Shown here in pieces: positions 1 to 11,207 of a stretch of DNA of 64,000 nt (its first letter is position 1; each line of letters begins with the position of its first letter). The position numbers were made by a program, and so were the translations under genes. The stretch is taken from positions 1,088,001 to 1,152,000 of the forward strand of contig CAXXKJ010000002.1 of assembly GCA_963675295.2 (NCBI GenBank), given 5' to 3'. Source of the stretch: a bacterium (GTDB lineage: Bacteria; Electryoneota; Electryoneia; Electryoneales; Electryoneaceae). Below the pieces are notes generated by a model. It ran no database searches. It was not told the origin of the DNA and saw nothing but the letters and a program-made list of their open reading frames with translations.

Positions 1-31
1 GAAGTAAGGCAATACTAACACGACGGATTCA

Positions 32-62
32 GCGCGGCCATCCTGCGATGGTCGCGTTTTTT
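32..62 (+). terminator. Rho-independent terminator of a gene upstream of the window
   Basis: gcgcggccat-cctgcg-atggtcgcgt hairpin followed by a T run. Confidence 0.6.
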
Positions 63-241
63 ATTGTTTGTTTTACAACTATCTAGGCCGAATTAAAATC
101 CTAAAAACGTCCTCTCCGAGTCGCTATCTCTTTTTGTGAATTACAGTTACAAGTTTGTTAGTCAAAACGGAATCCGTCTAAATTGCTAACAATGCACCAT
201 AGCAGTGATCATACAAAGTCCGGTAGACAAGGGGGAAAAGG

Positions 242-3200
242 ATGAAGAATTTAGTGGCAGGTTGCGTGCTGATCCTGATATGGGCAGGAGTGGCCGGTGC
301 AGTCACGGTCACCGTGCCCGGGGAATTCAGCACCATCAACAGCGCGATCGATAACTGCGTATCCGGTGACACAATTCTGGTCGATCCGGGGAGCTACGAT
401 GAAATTGTTACTTACGATGGCAAGGATCTGGTCATCATCGGCGACGTTGCCGATCCGAGTACAACCGTGATCTATGGTACCGGCAGCACGTATGCGGTTC
501 GAATGAACAACACTGAAACCTCCGCCGCAGTGCTGGAAGGCTTCCAGGTGGATGGATCAACTTACTTGATCCAGGCAGGCAATAGCGCAAATCCGACGGT
601 CCGTGATTGTATCCTGTCGAACGCGACAGCCTACCCAGTGTATTTGACGCAGGGATCCGGTATCAATCTCAGCGATAACGAGTACACGAACAATGATACC
701 GAAGCGATTTATGTCGCGGCGGGCACGATAGGTGAAGATGTAAACTACACCAATGATGGCTTGCCGTATCACATGTTCGGGACAGTGTCCGTGTGGGATT
801 ACAGTGGTAACCCGATTCCGCGCCTGACCATTGATCCCGGTTGCGAACTGTACTTCGCCACGGGAACGGGATTGCAGATCGGCAACACAGCGGATCGCGG
901 CGGTGAGCTGTACGCGGTCGGGACGGTGTCACAACCGATCACTTTCACCGCGTTGACGGGGATTTCAGCTGGATGGGCCGGGATTCATTTTAACAATGGC
1001 AGCGACTACCTGTTGTCGGAATCGCGAATGGAATACTGCATTGTCGACAAGGCGGGCGGAACCGGCTGGGGCCATGCAATTGGTGTGTTGTTGACGGAAA
1101 CGCTGCAGCCTACGTTCGTCAACTCGCAAATCTCAAATTGCGCGGGGCATGCGATGCGGCTTAACAGCAAGGCGCACTTCGCCTACATCGACAACGTCAC
1201 GCTGACCAACAACGAATTCAACACCATCGCGATTCCAGCGACAACATTCAGTTCTGACTTCACGTACGATTCAAACGGCATTCCATTCGAGGTGCTGGGG
1301 GATCTCCAGGTCTGGTCGTATGTCGGCAACCCGATTCCGCGTCTCACGATTGAGCCCGGAAACACGTTCATGTTCGCAACAACTGCTGGAATCCAGATAG
1401 GTTCATCCGCAGACCGTGGTGGTGAACTGTATGCCGTTGGAACCTACAACGACCCGATCGTGTTCACTGCGTCTTCTGGGATCCCCGGAGGATGGGACGG
1501 AATCTACTTCGCCAACGGCAGTGACTACGAGACGTCCACCTCAAGGATTGAATTCTGCCTCATTGAGTATGCTGGGAATACTGGCTGGGGTTACCCGGCG
1601 GGGATTGTCTGCGATGATACCGATGAGCCGTTTGTTACGCACTCGATGTTCGAGAACAACGACGGCTATGCTGTCTGGTTGCAGGACACGGCGATGATCA
1701 CGATGACTGGGAATGTGATCGAGGCGAACACCTACGATGCGGTCGGTGTATCTGGCAGAACGATTCAGGATTCGTTCACCTGGCCGCGGGGTGATGTGCC
1801 GTACCACGTGATGGGGCTGTTCTATTTCTGGGATTACGACACAGCGGTGGAAGCTCCGACCATGACGATTGAACCGGGTACGGAGATCCTGTTCGCGGAA
1901 ACCATGGGATTGCAGATCGGAGCAGCTGCAAACCAGTGGGGCGAGATTTACGCAGTCGGCACCGCCCAGGACCCGATCATTTTTGGTGCGATCAACGGCC
2001 AGCCCGGCGGTTGGGGCGGCATCCTGTTCGCCAACGGGTCGGACCACAATGGGTCGGAATCCACACTGAGCTACTGCCAGTTTAACGATGGCGGCTATGC
2101 CCGCTGGTACTCCGTGCAGGCAACTGTCAGCTCCGCGACCACGACACAGCCGTCCATCAGCAACTGCGCGTTCAACGAATCGAGCGTCTATCCGCTCTAC
2201 ATTCACTCGGACGCCAGTATCAGCATTACTCCGGACAACACGTTCACCGGGAACGGAATTCAGGCCATCGGATTTGAGGGGCGAACCGTTGGCAGTGACT
2301 ACGTCATTCACAACGCGGGATTCCCATATCATGTGATTGATACGATATACATCCACTATACAACCAACGCGCCGTATCCGACGCTGACCATCGAACCCGG
2401 CGTAGAGCTTCGTTTCAGCGAGGATGCAGGGATGCGGATCGGGAGCGGTTCCAGCTACGCGGCACAACTGATGGCAGTGGGGACGGAGCAGATGCCGATC
2501 ACGATGACATCGTTCAGCGGTGCGCCCGGTGGATGGTCTGGTCTGTATTTCACCGACGCGTCGGATGCGGACGGTGTCGAGTCGGCGATGAACTGGTGCT
2601 ATGTCAAATATGCCGGTGCGAACCTGGCAGGATTCGGGTCCACCGCCGGTATCTACCTCTACTACACCAGCCAGCCGACGCTGGACAACTGTGCCTTCAC
2701 CTTCTCCGGCGATCTGGGGATGAAGTTCAGGAATTACACCGGCGTCATTGAGGATTGCCGTGCGAGCCTGAACGAGGGCGACGGTGTCGAAGTCACCAGC
2801 AGCGATTTCCAGCTTGTCCGTGTTGAGATGAGCGGCAACGGTGACGACGGTATCGAACTTGTGAACACTCCCGATCTGACCATCGGTTCCGGTCCGGGGG
2901 CGACCTGCCAGATTTTCGGCAACACGGGATATAACGTGCGCGTCGAAGCAGGCGCGGACAGCATCTCGGCCCGGTACAACTACTGGGGGACGCTGGTGCC
3001 GACTGAGATCGAGGCATCGATCTATGACGAACAGGATGATCCGGGCCTCGGACGTGTGAAATGGTATCCGGCGGTCGATATCGGCCAGGGTCAGGATGTG
3101 TTTATCACCATTACTCCATTCCACACGCCAACCCTGATCGGCCCGGGCGGCGGGTATTTCCGTTTCCAGGGTACGCTACACAATGATGAATCGTTTACGG

Positions 3201-3817
3201 TGCAGGTCGATGCGTGGACCGAGTTCATTCTGCCCAACAGCACGGTCTACGGGCCGGTCGAACTGTATCAGGATATCAACATGCCGGGCGGGTACACGAT
3301 CAACGTGGCACCGTTCCAGGAAGTGCCCGGCTATGCGCCAAACGGAACCTACCAGTTCGTCGCCAAGATCGGTACGTACCCAACAGCCACCGATTCATCC
3401 AGCTTCGAGGTGATCAAGATCGAGTATCCGGCGGCGCAACGCTGGTTCTCGGGCTGGCAAACGTACGGTTGGTTCGGTGATGACGAGTTCGAGGAGGAAG
3501 TTGTGCTCGCGATGTTGACCGGCGGTGAGCTGTCCACGGAACTGCTGCCGACGGAGTTTGTGGTCGGGGAGGTGTATCCGAACCCGTTCAACGCGATGGC
3601 GAATCTGAGCATTGCGTTGCCGGAAGCCGCGCCCGTGAGTGTGGTGGTGTACAACGTGACCGGGCAGAGGGTGATGACGGTTTCCAGCGGCGACATGGCG
3701 GCGGGGTATCACACGTTGACCGTGGACGCGTCTTCGTTGGCGAGTGGATTCTATTTCGTCCGCACGGCTGTGCCGGGGCAAATCAATGCGGTGCAGAAGA
3801 TGGTGGTGGTGAAGTGA
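242..3817 (+). CDS. Large secreted protein with right-handed beta-helix repeats, a pre-CTD Ig-like module and a T9SS type A-like CTD
   Basis: Signal peptide MKNLVAGCVLILIWAGVAGA; N-terminal VPGEFSTINSAI...GDTILVDPGSY motif; four ~175-aa repeats (P.LTI.PG...LQIG...GELYAVGT..PI.FT...GGW.GI.F.NGSD); C-terminal YPNPFN...LASGFYFV...QKMVVVK. Confidence 0.85.
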   Translation: MKNLVAGCVLILIWAGVAGAVTVTVPGEFSTINSAIDNCVSGDTILVDPGSYDEIVTYDGKDLVIIGDVADPSTTVIYGTGSTYAVRMNNTETSAAVLEGFQVDGSTYLIQAGNSANPTVRDCILSNATAYPVYLTQGSGINLSDNEYTNNDTEAIYVAAGTIGEDVNYTNDGLPYHMFGTVSVWDYSGNPIPRLTIDPGCELYFATGTGLQIGNTADRGGELYAVGTVSQPITFTALTGISAGWAGIHFNNGSDYLLSESRMEYCIVDKAGGTGWGHAIGVLLTETLQPTFVNSQISNCAGHAMRLNSKAHFAYIDNVTLTNNEFNTIAIPATTFSSDFTYDSNGIPFEVLGDLQVWSYVGNPIPRLTIEPGNTFMFATTAGIQIGSSADRGGELYAVGTYNDPIVFTASSGIPGGWDGIYFANGSDYETSTSRIEFCLIEYAGNTGWGYPAGIVCDDTDEPFVTHSMFENNDGYAVWLQDTAMITMTGNVIEANTYDAVGVSGRTIQDSFTWPRGDVPYHVMGLFYFWDYDTAVEAPTMTIEPGTEILFAETMGLQIGAAANQWGEIYAVGTAQDPIIFGAINGQPGGWGGILFANGSDHNGSESTLSYCQFNDGGYARWYSVQATVSSATTTQPSISNCAFNESSVYPLYIHSDASISITPDNTFTGNGIQAIGFEGRTVGSDYVIHNAGFPYHVIDTIYIHYTTNAPYPTLTIEPGVELRFSEDAGMRIGSGSSYAAQLMAVGTEQMPITMTSFSGAPGGWSGLYFTDASDADGVESAMNWCYVKYAGANLAGFGSTAGIYLYYTSQPTLDNCAFTFSGDLGMKFRNYTGVIEDCRASLNEGDGVEVTSSDFQLVRVEMSGNGDDGIELVNTPDLTIGSGPGATCQIFGNTGYNVRVEAGADSISARYNYWGTLVPTEIEASIYDEQDDPGLGRVKWYPAVDIGQGQDVFITITPFHTPTLIGPGGGYFRFQGTLHNDESFTVQVDAWTEFILPNSTVYGPVELYQDINMPGGYTINVAPFQEVPGYAPNGTYQFVAKIGTYPTATDSSSFEVIKIEYPAAQRWFSGWQTYGWFGDDEFEEEVVLAMLTGGELSTELLPTEFVVGEVYPNPFNAMANLSIALPEAAPVSVVVYNVTGQRVMTVSSGDMAAGYHTLTVDASSLASGFYFVRTAVPGQINAVQKMVVVK

Positions 3818-3825
3818 GGCCGGTC

Positions 3826-3896
3826 ATGAGTGATGAGTAGTGAGTGATGAGCAACTGGGAACAACTGCCACAGACTTCGGTTTGTGGCAGTTGTTC
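3826..3896 (+). repeat. Degenerate heptamer array (TGAGTGA-like) plus a TGCCACAGAC hairpin (REP-like or terminator)
   Basis: atgagtgatgagtagtgagtgatgag followed by aactgccacagac-ttcg-gtttgtggcagtt. Confidence 0.6.
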
Positions 3897-4112
3897 ATGT
3901 GCTTGTTAAAGTGGTCAATCTGTAAGATTTAGGATAGGACAATATATCCTAATTAGGGGAGTAGAACATATCTAAATAATTGATTATTAATAAAATAGTT
4001 GAATTGATCCGTTGGCAAAGTTTCGTCTTTCACGCTTGCAGGGCTATGGATGCCGCCAGTCCCATGTTACACTGATTGCCTACCCCAACTACCACAGAGG
4101 AGCGAGCGAATC

Positions 4113-5330
4113 ATGAGAGTCATGGGATTGGTGTTGATTTTACTCTTGCTGGCGGGTGGCGCCCATGCCTACCCCAATTTTGTGCCCTCCGGTTATGCGT
4201 ACGATCCACCTGACAACGATACCTGCCGGAATTGTCACAGTAGCTATCCGTTGAACTCCGGCGACGGCACGTTCAGCAGTGACCTGCCGGACGCTTGGGA
4301 ACCAGGCGAATCCTACACCATTCACCTTGTGTTGACGGACAATGTTACGCGGGCTGGATTCCAGGCGACGTTTAAAGACATGAGCAATCAGTTTGCGGGT
4401 CAAGTGTATGTCGTGGATGCCCAGCACACCCAGCTTTCCGGTACCTACTACATCAACCAGACCTCATCAGGCACCTACACCAGCTCCAACGGCGGCGAAT
4501 GGGATATCGGCTGGACAGCTCCGGCGGCAGGAACAGGTGATATCCGTTTCTGCATCTCGGCTGCAGCGTGCAATGGCACCGGCGGAACCAGCGGCGACCA
4601 CATTTACGGCTGGCATATCATCATCCCGGAAGCCACGCAGGATCCGTATGGTTTGACCATCACCCCGATCGTTGACACGGTTCCGGCATCCGGTGGCAAC
4701 ATCACCTACAGCGTCGAGTTCTTCACCGACCTGCCAAACCCGTTCAATGGCGTGAACTACTGGACCACGGTTACCATGCCAGACGGTGCGGAAACAGGCC
4801 GTCTGTTCTTCATCACCGCGAATATTCCGCCGTACGCGGATATCTACATTCCGTTGATGGCGCAGGAGATCCCATCGTATGCGCCAGCGGGTACCTATAC
4901 CCACAACGCGAAAATGGGCAACTATCCCATGCCTGTACTGATGGACTCGTTCACGTTTTCCAAGTCAGCGACCGGAACCGACGCCGAGCCGGTAACCAGT
5001 TGGACCGCGAGGGGAGATTGGGCGGAGGTCACGGGCGAAGAATCGCAGGGGGTGGACATTGCGGCTGAGTTCGCGTTGAAAGCAGCCTATCCGAATCCGT
5101 TCAATGCAGCGACGAGAGTATCGGTCACGTTACCGGAAACCGCGGATTTGGATCTGTTGGTCTACAACGTGATGGGCGAAGTGGTTGCGGATCTCCATCA
5201 CGGTGTGCAGACCGCTGGTGCCCATTCGTACACGCTGGATGGCACGAATCTCAGCTCGGGTTTGTATTTCGTGCAGGCGATTGTGCCGGGCAAGCTGAAC
5301 CAGATTCAGAAGGTTACGCTGTTGAAGTGA
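4113..5330 (+). CDS. Secreted Reeler/choice-of-anchor V-like protein with a CxxCH motif, pre-CTD module and T9SS-like CTD
   Basis: Start moved to ATG 4113 (RBS gaggag; signal peptide MRVMGLVLILLLLAGGAHA); TCRNCH; W.PGESYTI...AGFQ...WTAPAAGTGDIRF...NG.GGTSGD; YPNPFN CTD. Confidence 0.8.
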   Translation: MRVMGLVLILLLLAGGAHAYPNFVPSGYAYDPPDNDTCRNCHSSYPLNSGDGTFSSDLPDAWEPGESYTIHLVLTDNVTRAGFQATFKDMSNQFAGQVYVVDAQHTQLSGTYYINQTSSGTYTSSNGGEWDIGWTAPAAGTGDIRFCISAAACNGTGGTSGDHIYGWHIIIPEATQDPYGLTITPIVDTVPASGGNITYSVEFFTDLPNPFNGVNYWTTVTMPDGAETGRLFFITANIPPYADIYIPLMAQEIPSYAPAGTYTHNAKMGNYPMPVLMDSFTFSKSATGTDAEPVTSWTARGDWAEVTGEESQGVDIAAEFALKAAYPNPFNAATRVSVTLPETADLDLLVYNVMGEVVADLHHGVQTAGAHSYTLDGTNLSSGLYFVQAIVPGKLNQIQKVTLLK

Positions 5331-5337
5331 CGGAAGT

Positions 5338-5516
5338 TGTGAGTGATGAGTTTTGAGTGGTGAGTTAGCAATGCCACGGACCGATGTCCGTGGCATTTTC
5401 TTTCCTCACAGCTCAGGGCCGTGTTCGCCGGAAATTCACAGTACAAGTGGCAGCCAGGCTTTGCTCGACTGTCCACTGCATGTTTCAACTCATCACTTAC
5501 AACTCAGAACTCATCT
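5338..5516. repeat. Intergenic mosaic of inverted heptamer arrays around a TGCCACGGAC hairpin/terminator
   Basis: gtgagtgatgagttttgagtggtgagt (5338-5366); atgccacggac-cgat-gtccgtggcat+T run (5371-5403); aactcatcacttacaactcagaactcatc (5487-5515). Confidence 0.6.
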
Positions 5517-5524
5517 CTCGCCGT

Positions 5525-6181
5525 TCACACCTGCCCGAAAATCATCTGGTGCAGGCGGCGGTCGGCGGTACGTTCCGGGTGGAACGTGGCGAGCCAGATG
5601 TTGCGTTGCCGGACGAGCACCGGGTCGCCGTTGTACTCGGCGAGGACATCCACCTCAGGTCCGATGCGGGTGAACTTCGGCGCGCGGATGAAGACGGCTT
5701 CAAACGGGCTGTCGAGCCCGTTGATCTCGATCGGCGCGATGAAGGAATCCACCTGGCGGCCGTACGCGTTGCGCTCGACGTCCACGTCGACCAGCCCCAA
5801 CGGTGTCACTTTGTGGTGTTCGCCCTTGCCAAGCCAGATCGCCCCGGCGCAGGTGCCGAACAGGATTTTGCCGGACGCGGCGAACGCGCCCATCAGGAAG
5901 TCGAGTCCGTAGCGGCGCCCGAGCAGGTCGATGGTGGAGGATTCCCCGCCGGGCAGGATGAGACCGTCCGGTGACGGTTTCAACGCGATCTCATGGTCCC
6001 GTTGCTTCATCAACGACGACCCGCGTTCCGCGCCTTCCTTGCGGGCGTAGCGTGGCGCTTTCGGGTTCATGAAGCCGGCGTCTTCTGGCCGGCGCACCTC
6101 GACCGCTTCGATTCCAATGTCGCGCAACGCCTGCGCGTGGGTTCCGTAATCGCCCTGCAGGGCAAGCACTCCAACCAGCAC
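5525..6181 (-). CDS. pdxT: Pyridoxal 5'-phosphate synthase glutaminase subunit
   Basis: GVLALQG, DGLILPGGES, FGTCAG, RNAYGRQVDSF, VFIRAP, FHPE; lies downstream of pdxS. Confidence 0.95.
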   Translation of the reverse strand: MLVGVLALQGDYGTHAQALRDIGIEAVEVRRPEDAGFMNPKAPRYARKEGAERGSSLMKQRDHEIALKPSPDGLILPGGESSTIDLLGRRYGLDFLMGAFAASGKILFGTCAGAIWLGKGEHHKVTPLGLVDVDVERNAYGRQVDSFIAPIEINGLDSPFEAVFIRAPKFTRIGPEVDVLAEYNGDPVLVRQRNIWLATFHPERTADRRLHQMIFGQV

Positions 6182-6204
6182 CGTTTACTCCCAGGCAGTT
6201 AAGA

Positions 6205-6340
6205 ACGGGGACACGTTGAAAACGGGGACACTTTGTCCTCAAAGTGTCCCCCGTAATGTATGTCAGCTGTTGGGAATCGGGGACACATACGGAGTAAGTG
6301 TCCCCAGGTGTTACTCACAACTCATCACTCACAACTCAGG
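6205..6340. repeat. GGGGACAC...GTGTCCCC palindromes plus an ACTCACA/ACTCATC heptamer array
   Basis: Hairpins at 6222-6254 and 6279-6305, a half copy at 6205-6214; same element at 10116-10147. Confidence 0.65.
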
Positions 6341-6351
6341 ACTGTCTTCTC

Positions 6352-7287
<936 letters not shown>

Positions 7288-7608
7288 ACTGCCCTCAAAC
7301 TGTATGGGTTCTGTGTTGAAAACTGGGGGTGGGGGGATGGAAATCCAGCCTCCGCGCAATCCTGAATATAACACAATCAACCGGAATCGTTCGGACACGC
7401 GAGATCGTTCAGAGCCGTTGCGCAACCGGTTCCATTTCTCTGTTTACGACCTGTTCGGATCTGCGCCACACATTGGGGAGGAGTGTTTGACTCCCCTATG
7501 TACGGACGGAAATTACCGAGAACCATGATCTTCCTGTCACATGGAAGTTTGGAATTGTACCTTCCACAGGAGAGTTGTCACAATTACAAACAATGAGAGG
7601 GAAGAGCG

Positions 7609-9393
7609 ATGAAAGTACGTCATTTTCTGTTTCTGATTCTGGTTCTGGTCCCGGCACTCGCGACAGCGCAAATGATCTGGACAGAACACGTGATCTCAAC
7701 CGAAGTTTCCGGGCCAAAAGGTGTTAATCTCGTGGACCTTGATGGTGATGGTGATCTCGACGTTCTTGGCGCTACGTATGTCAACGCCAGCGTGTACTGC
7801 TACTTCAACGACGGCGGTTTGTTCACGGAGGCGTCATTTACCAGCCCATTCGACGAGTCGAACGCCTTCGGGCTGGGTGATTTCGATCTGGATGGTGACC
7901 CCGATATCGTTCTCTCGGACGGTGAGCTGCTTGCGATTGGCGACAACAACGGCAGCGGGCAGTTCACCTTTACCACGTTGGATGGATTCACAGCGGAATA
8001 TCTGACAAACGCTGACATTGTGGATCTGGACGGTGACGGCGACAGCGATCTGTTGCTCTCGGACTTCAGCGGTGACGTTGTCACTTGGCTTGAGTTCGAG
8101 GGTGAGACCTGGACGCAGCATACCATCGGCACCGGCTATTATCCGCAGGATGCGGACGTTGCGGATGTCGATGGGGACGGCGATCTGGACGTTGTGTACA
8201 CGAGCCTGTTGGGCCATCCGTGTTACATCGCGTTGCAGACAGCTACTGGTTGGGATGTGTCCGAGCCGGATATCCGGCCGAACCAGGCGTCCCAGGTCGA
8301 ACTGGCAGACTATGACGGGGATGGTGACATTGACATCGTCTGCGGTGCCTCCACCGGATACCTCACGATGTATACCAACGACGGTCAGGTTCCGCCAAAC
8401 TGGGAATACACCGATCTGGGCGACATTGAGGCCAGCAGCCTGAAAGCGGCCAATTTCGGGCAGAATGACTACGTCGAGTTTGTTGCTGCGTCCTACGACC
8501 AGCAACCCCGTAACGTTCTGGGCTATCGCTATGTCTACGGCGAGTGGCACAGTTCGGTGATCACGACGAACGATCATTTTGACTGCGGTATCGACATCGG
8601 TGATGTTGACGGCGACGGCCGTCTCGATGTCCTTTCCGCCGACTACAACCAGATCAGCTGGCTGCAGTACAACGTACCCACGCCAGGCGAATTGACCTTG
8701 ACCCCGGACGAACCGTCGCCGACCGTGCCGCCGGGCGGATCGTTCGGTTATGCCTTTCACCTGGAGCTCTCGCTGGACGAGCCGATGCCCGGCCGGATCT
8801 GGACCGATGTTGTCCTGCCGAACGGTACCGTGTACGGTCCGATGCACAATTGGTCGAGGACGTTTACAGGGGACGATGTGTTCGATATGCCGAACCGGGT
8901 GCAGAACGTTCCGTTGGGAATCGCGCCGGGCACCTACACGTTCCGGGCGTTCGTCGGGGATGAAGATTTTGCCGTCGGAGCGTGGGATTCCTTCGACTTT
9001 GAGGTCACGGCTGCGGGCGCGGTTCTGGTTACGGATGCAACCGTCGATGAGTGGGCTGCAGGTTCGGTTCCATTCCCCGGTGTGAGCGGCTTGCAGGGGC
9101 AGGCGGGCTTGGTGCAGGATGGGTGTGGTCATCGTTTGAAGCTGGAAGGAGTCAGTCCGAACCCGTTTAACCCGGAAACCTCAGTGCGGATTTCCCTCGC
9201 GGAGAGTTCGACGTTGCGAGTTCGTGTCTTCAACGCGCTCGGCCAGCGGGTGGCGTTGCTCGCGGACGGTCCTTACTCCGCGGGAGAACATCGATTTGTG
9301 GTGGATGGATCAACTTGGGCGTCTGGAATCTACCTGATCCAGGCGAAGGCGGGTGGCGAAACCGTGCAGCAGAAGATCATTCTGATGAAATAG
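7609..9393 (+). CDS. Secreted FG-GAP/VCBS repeat protein with pre-CTD module and T9SS-like CTD
   Basis: Signal peptide; repeated D.DGDGD.D motifs; SPNPFNP...WASGIYL...QKIILMK. Confidence 0.85.
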   Translation: MKVRHFLFLILVLVPALATAQMIWTEHVISTEVSGPKGVNLVDLDGDGDLDVLGATYVNASVYCYFNDGGLFTEASFTSPFDESNAFGLGDFDLDGDPDIVLSDGELLAIGDNNGSGQFTFTTLDGFTAEYLTNADIVDLDGDGDSDLLLSDFSGDVVTWLEFEGETWTQHTIGTGYYPQDADVADVDGDGDLDVVYTSLLGHPCYIALQTATGWDVSEPDIRPNQASQVELADYDGDGDIDIVCGASTGYLTMYTNDGQVPPNWEYTDLGDIEASSLKAANFGQNDYVEFVAASYDQQPRNVLGYRYVYGEWHSSVITTNDHFDCGIDIGDVDGDGRLDVLSADYNQISWLQYNVPTPGELTLTPDEPSPTVPPGGSFGYAFHLELSLDEPMPGRIWTDVVLPNGTVYGPMHNWSRTFTGDDVFDMPNRVQNVPLGIAPGTYTFRAFVGDEDFAVGAWDSFDFEVTAAGAVLVTDATVDEWAAGSVPFPGVSGLQGQAGLVQDGCGHRLKLEGVSPNPFNPETSVRISLAESSTLRVRVFNALGQRVALLADGPYSAGEHRFVVDGSTWASGIYLIQAKAGGETVQQKIILMK

Positions 9394-9509
9394 CGGGTAG
9401 AACACGGGAAGGCCAGCCGTCCCCCGGTCTCTTGCGGGCTCAGGAAAATCTCCCGATACTCAGCGAACGTGAAAACCTGCAAAGTTGACCGTTCGTATGG
9501 GGAGTACGA

Positions 9510-10055
9510 GTGATGAAAGACCGTTTGCTGGAGCTGATTCCTGAGTTCGCCGAGATCAAGGACGAGGCGTTGCGTGAGAACACCATCGGCGCGTGGCTGG
9601 ACGCGATGGACCGTGGCGGCTGGACTCCGGACGATCTGGAGAAATTCCCGTTCAGCCTGTTGATCGAAGGCCTGGACATCAGTTTCCTCGAGCACATCCG
9701 TGCCTGCGCCAAGATGAGCGCGGCGGTGCACGACCTGCTGATCGACCATTACGGCGGCAAGTTGACGCTAAACCGTGACTACCTGATGGCGGGGTCGTTG
9801 ATCGCGGATGTCGGCAAACTGCTGGAGTACAGCCCGGACGCCGAAAAGGGTGCGAAGAAGGCGGAGCACGGGAACTACCTGCGGCATCCATTCAGTAGCG
9901 TCGGCCTCGGCTGGGCACGGAACCTGCCGGACGAAGTGTTGCACATCGCGGCGGTGCACAGCAAGGAAGGCGCGGGGTTCCGTCGCAGTCCGGAAGCGAT
10001 CATTTTCCATCACGCCGACTTCATCGACTTCCAGATCTTCGGTGGAGGGTACTGA
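9510..10055 (+). CDS. HD/HDIG-superfamily metalloprotein with an AD variant dyad
   Basis: EH...GSLIADVGKLLEY...RHPF...HS.EG...EAIIFHHAD pattern. Confidence 0.7.
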   Translation: MMKDRLLELIPEFAEIKDEALRENTIGAWLDAMDRGGWTPDDLEKFPFSLLIEGLDISFLEHIRACAKMSAAVHDLLIDHYGGKLTLNRDYLMAGSLIADVGKLLEYSPDAEKGAKKAEHGNYLRHPFSSVGLGWARNLPDEVLHIAAVHSKEGAGFRRSPEAIIFHHADFIDFQIFGGGY

Positions 10056-10059
10056 AAAG

Positions 10060-10197
10060 AAGTACGAAGTAAAAAGAAGTACGAAGAAGAAAGATATTCA
10101 GAGTAGATGAGAGCAACGGGGACACTTAGCGGAGTAAGTGTCCCCGTATTATTTTCAATACTTTCGACTTTCGACTTTCGACTTTCGACTTTCGACT
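10060..10197. repeat. Intergenic mosaic between convergent genes: AAGTACG-like heptamers, GGGGACAC palindrome and (CTTTCGA)x5
   Basis: acggggacactta-gcggag-taagtgtccccgt at 10116-10147; five perfect CTTTCGA units at 10161-10195. Confidence 0.75.
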
Positions 10198-11078
10198 CAT
10201 CCCCACGGCGTTTTGCTGGATTTCTTCAGACGAGCGCCGGAGCTGGTCGTGCGTTTGTTGTCCAGCATCGGGTTGTAGCCCTGGCTGGGCGCCGTGGCCT
10301 GTTTGGCGGGTTGTGGTGTGGCGGCGGGCTGCTTGTTGCCGTACGAGCCTTGTCCACCAGACGGCTTCCCTTTTTGCACGAACAGTCCTTGTCCCTGCGT
10401 TTGTTTGCCGGGCTGAGGCGGGTCCGGTTTCTTGCCGCTTTTCTGTCCAAACAGCCCCTGCCCGGGTTGAGTGGCTGGCTTCTGTTTCCTAGCCGACTCT
10501 TTGCGTTGCCGCTGCAATTCCTTTTCGAGATCCTTTTTCATGTCCTTCGGCATCTCGGGCGGTGCGTACGTGTCCGGGAAGCGCCGGCTGAGAATGCCGA
10601 GCAGGTCGTAGACGCCTTTGGAATCGTAGAGGTTCGGCCACAGCCGCACGCTGCCGGTGTGGAAGTTGAGGGTCAGTCGGCTACTCGGACGATAGACTTT
10701 GCCTCGCCGCGCCATCATCCGCGAGGCTTTCCGCATGTGAAACTGCCCGCCCTTGAGCTCGTCGAAGGAGTACCACGATTTCGGTCCGCCCCACGCCTTG
10801 GCGATCCCGATCCCGCGGTCATTGAACCACACCTGCTTCAGATAGAGGTCTAGAACGAAGAAAAGCAGGGTAGCTGTCAAAAGACCGACGATAATGATCC
10901 CGGTGGTGGTGCCAAACCACTCGCCGACCCGTTCCCACCACTCCTCCTGCGCGAACAGGATGGACAGACCGGCAACGATCGGCCCGAGCCGGGCGAGGCT
11001 GGGCTTGAGGCGCCGCAGGTTGGCTTCCAGCGGAAACGGTCCCATCGACGCATCAGACGGTTTCGGTTGATCCTTCAT
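10197..11078 (-). CDS. Hypothetical membrane protein with two TM segments and a low-complexity Q/K/P tail
   Basis: Long ORF with hydrophobic segments; RBS gggag before ATG 11078. Confidence 0.6.
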   Translation of the reverse strand: MKDQPKPSDASMGPFPLEANLRRLKPSLARLGPIVAGLSILFAQEEWWERVGEWFGTTTGIIIVGLLTATLLFFVLDLYLKQVWFNDRGIGIAKAWGGPKSWYSFDELKGGQFHMRKASRMMARRGKVYRPSSRLTLNFHTGSVRLWPNLYDSKGVYDLLGILSRRFPDTYAPPEMPKDMKKDLEKELQRQRKESARKQKPATQPGQGLFGQKSGKKPDPPQPGKQTQGQGLFVQKGKPSGGQGSYGNKQPAATPQPAKQATAPSQGYNPMLDNKRTTSSGARLKKSSKTPWG

Positions 11079-11207
11079 GGCAACTCCCTGACCAGACTGC
11101 ACGAAAGGTACAACCGCAGGCGGCGTGTGTGAAAAGGCCGAATCGGATTTGATACAAAGACCGGAACAGCGGTACAGATCACTTCAGCCGGCAGGATTTC
11201 GCACGGT

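Noticed and set aside
3929-3997. AT-rich palindromes (aataattgattatt) as a Fur/Zur box
   Set aside because: The spacing does not fit the 7-1-7 Fur consensus and is too weak to call within an AT-rich promoter region.
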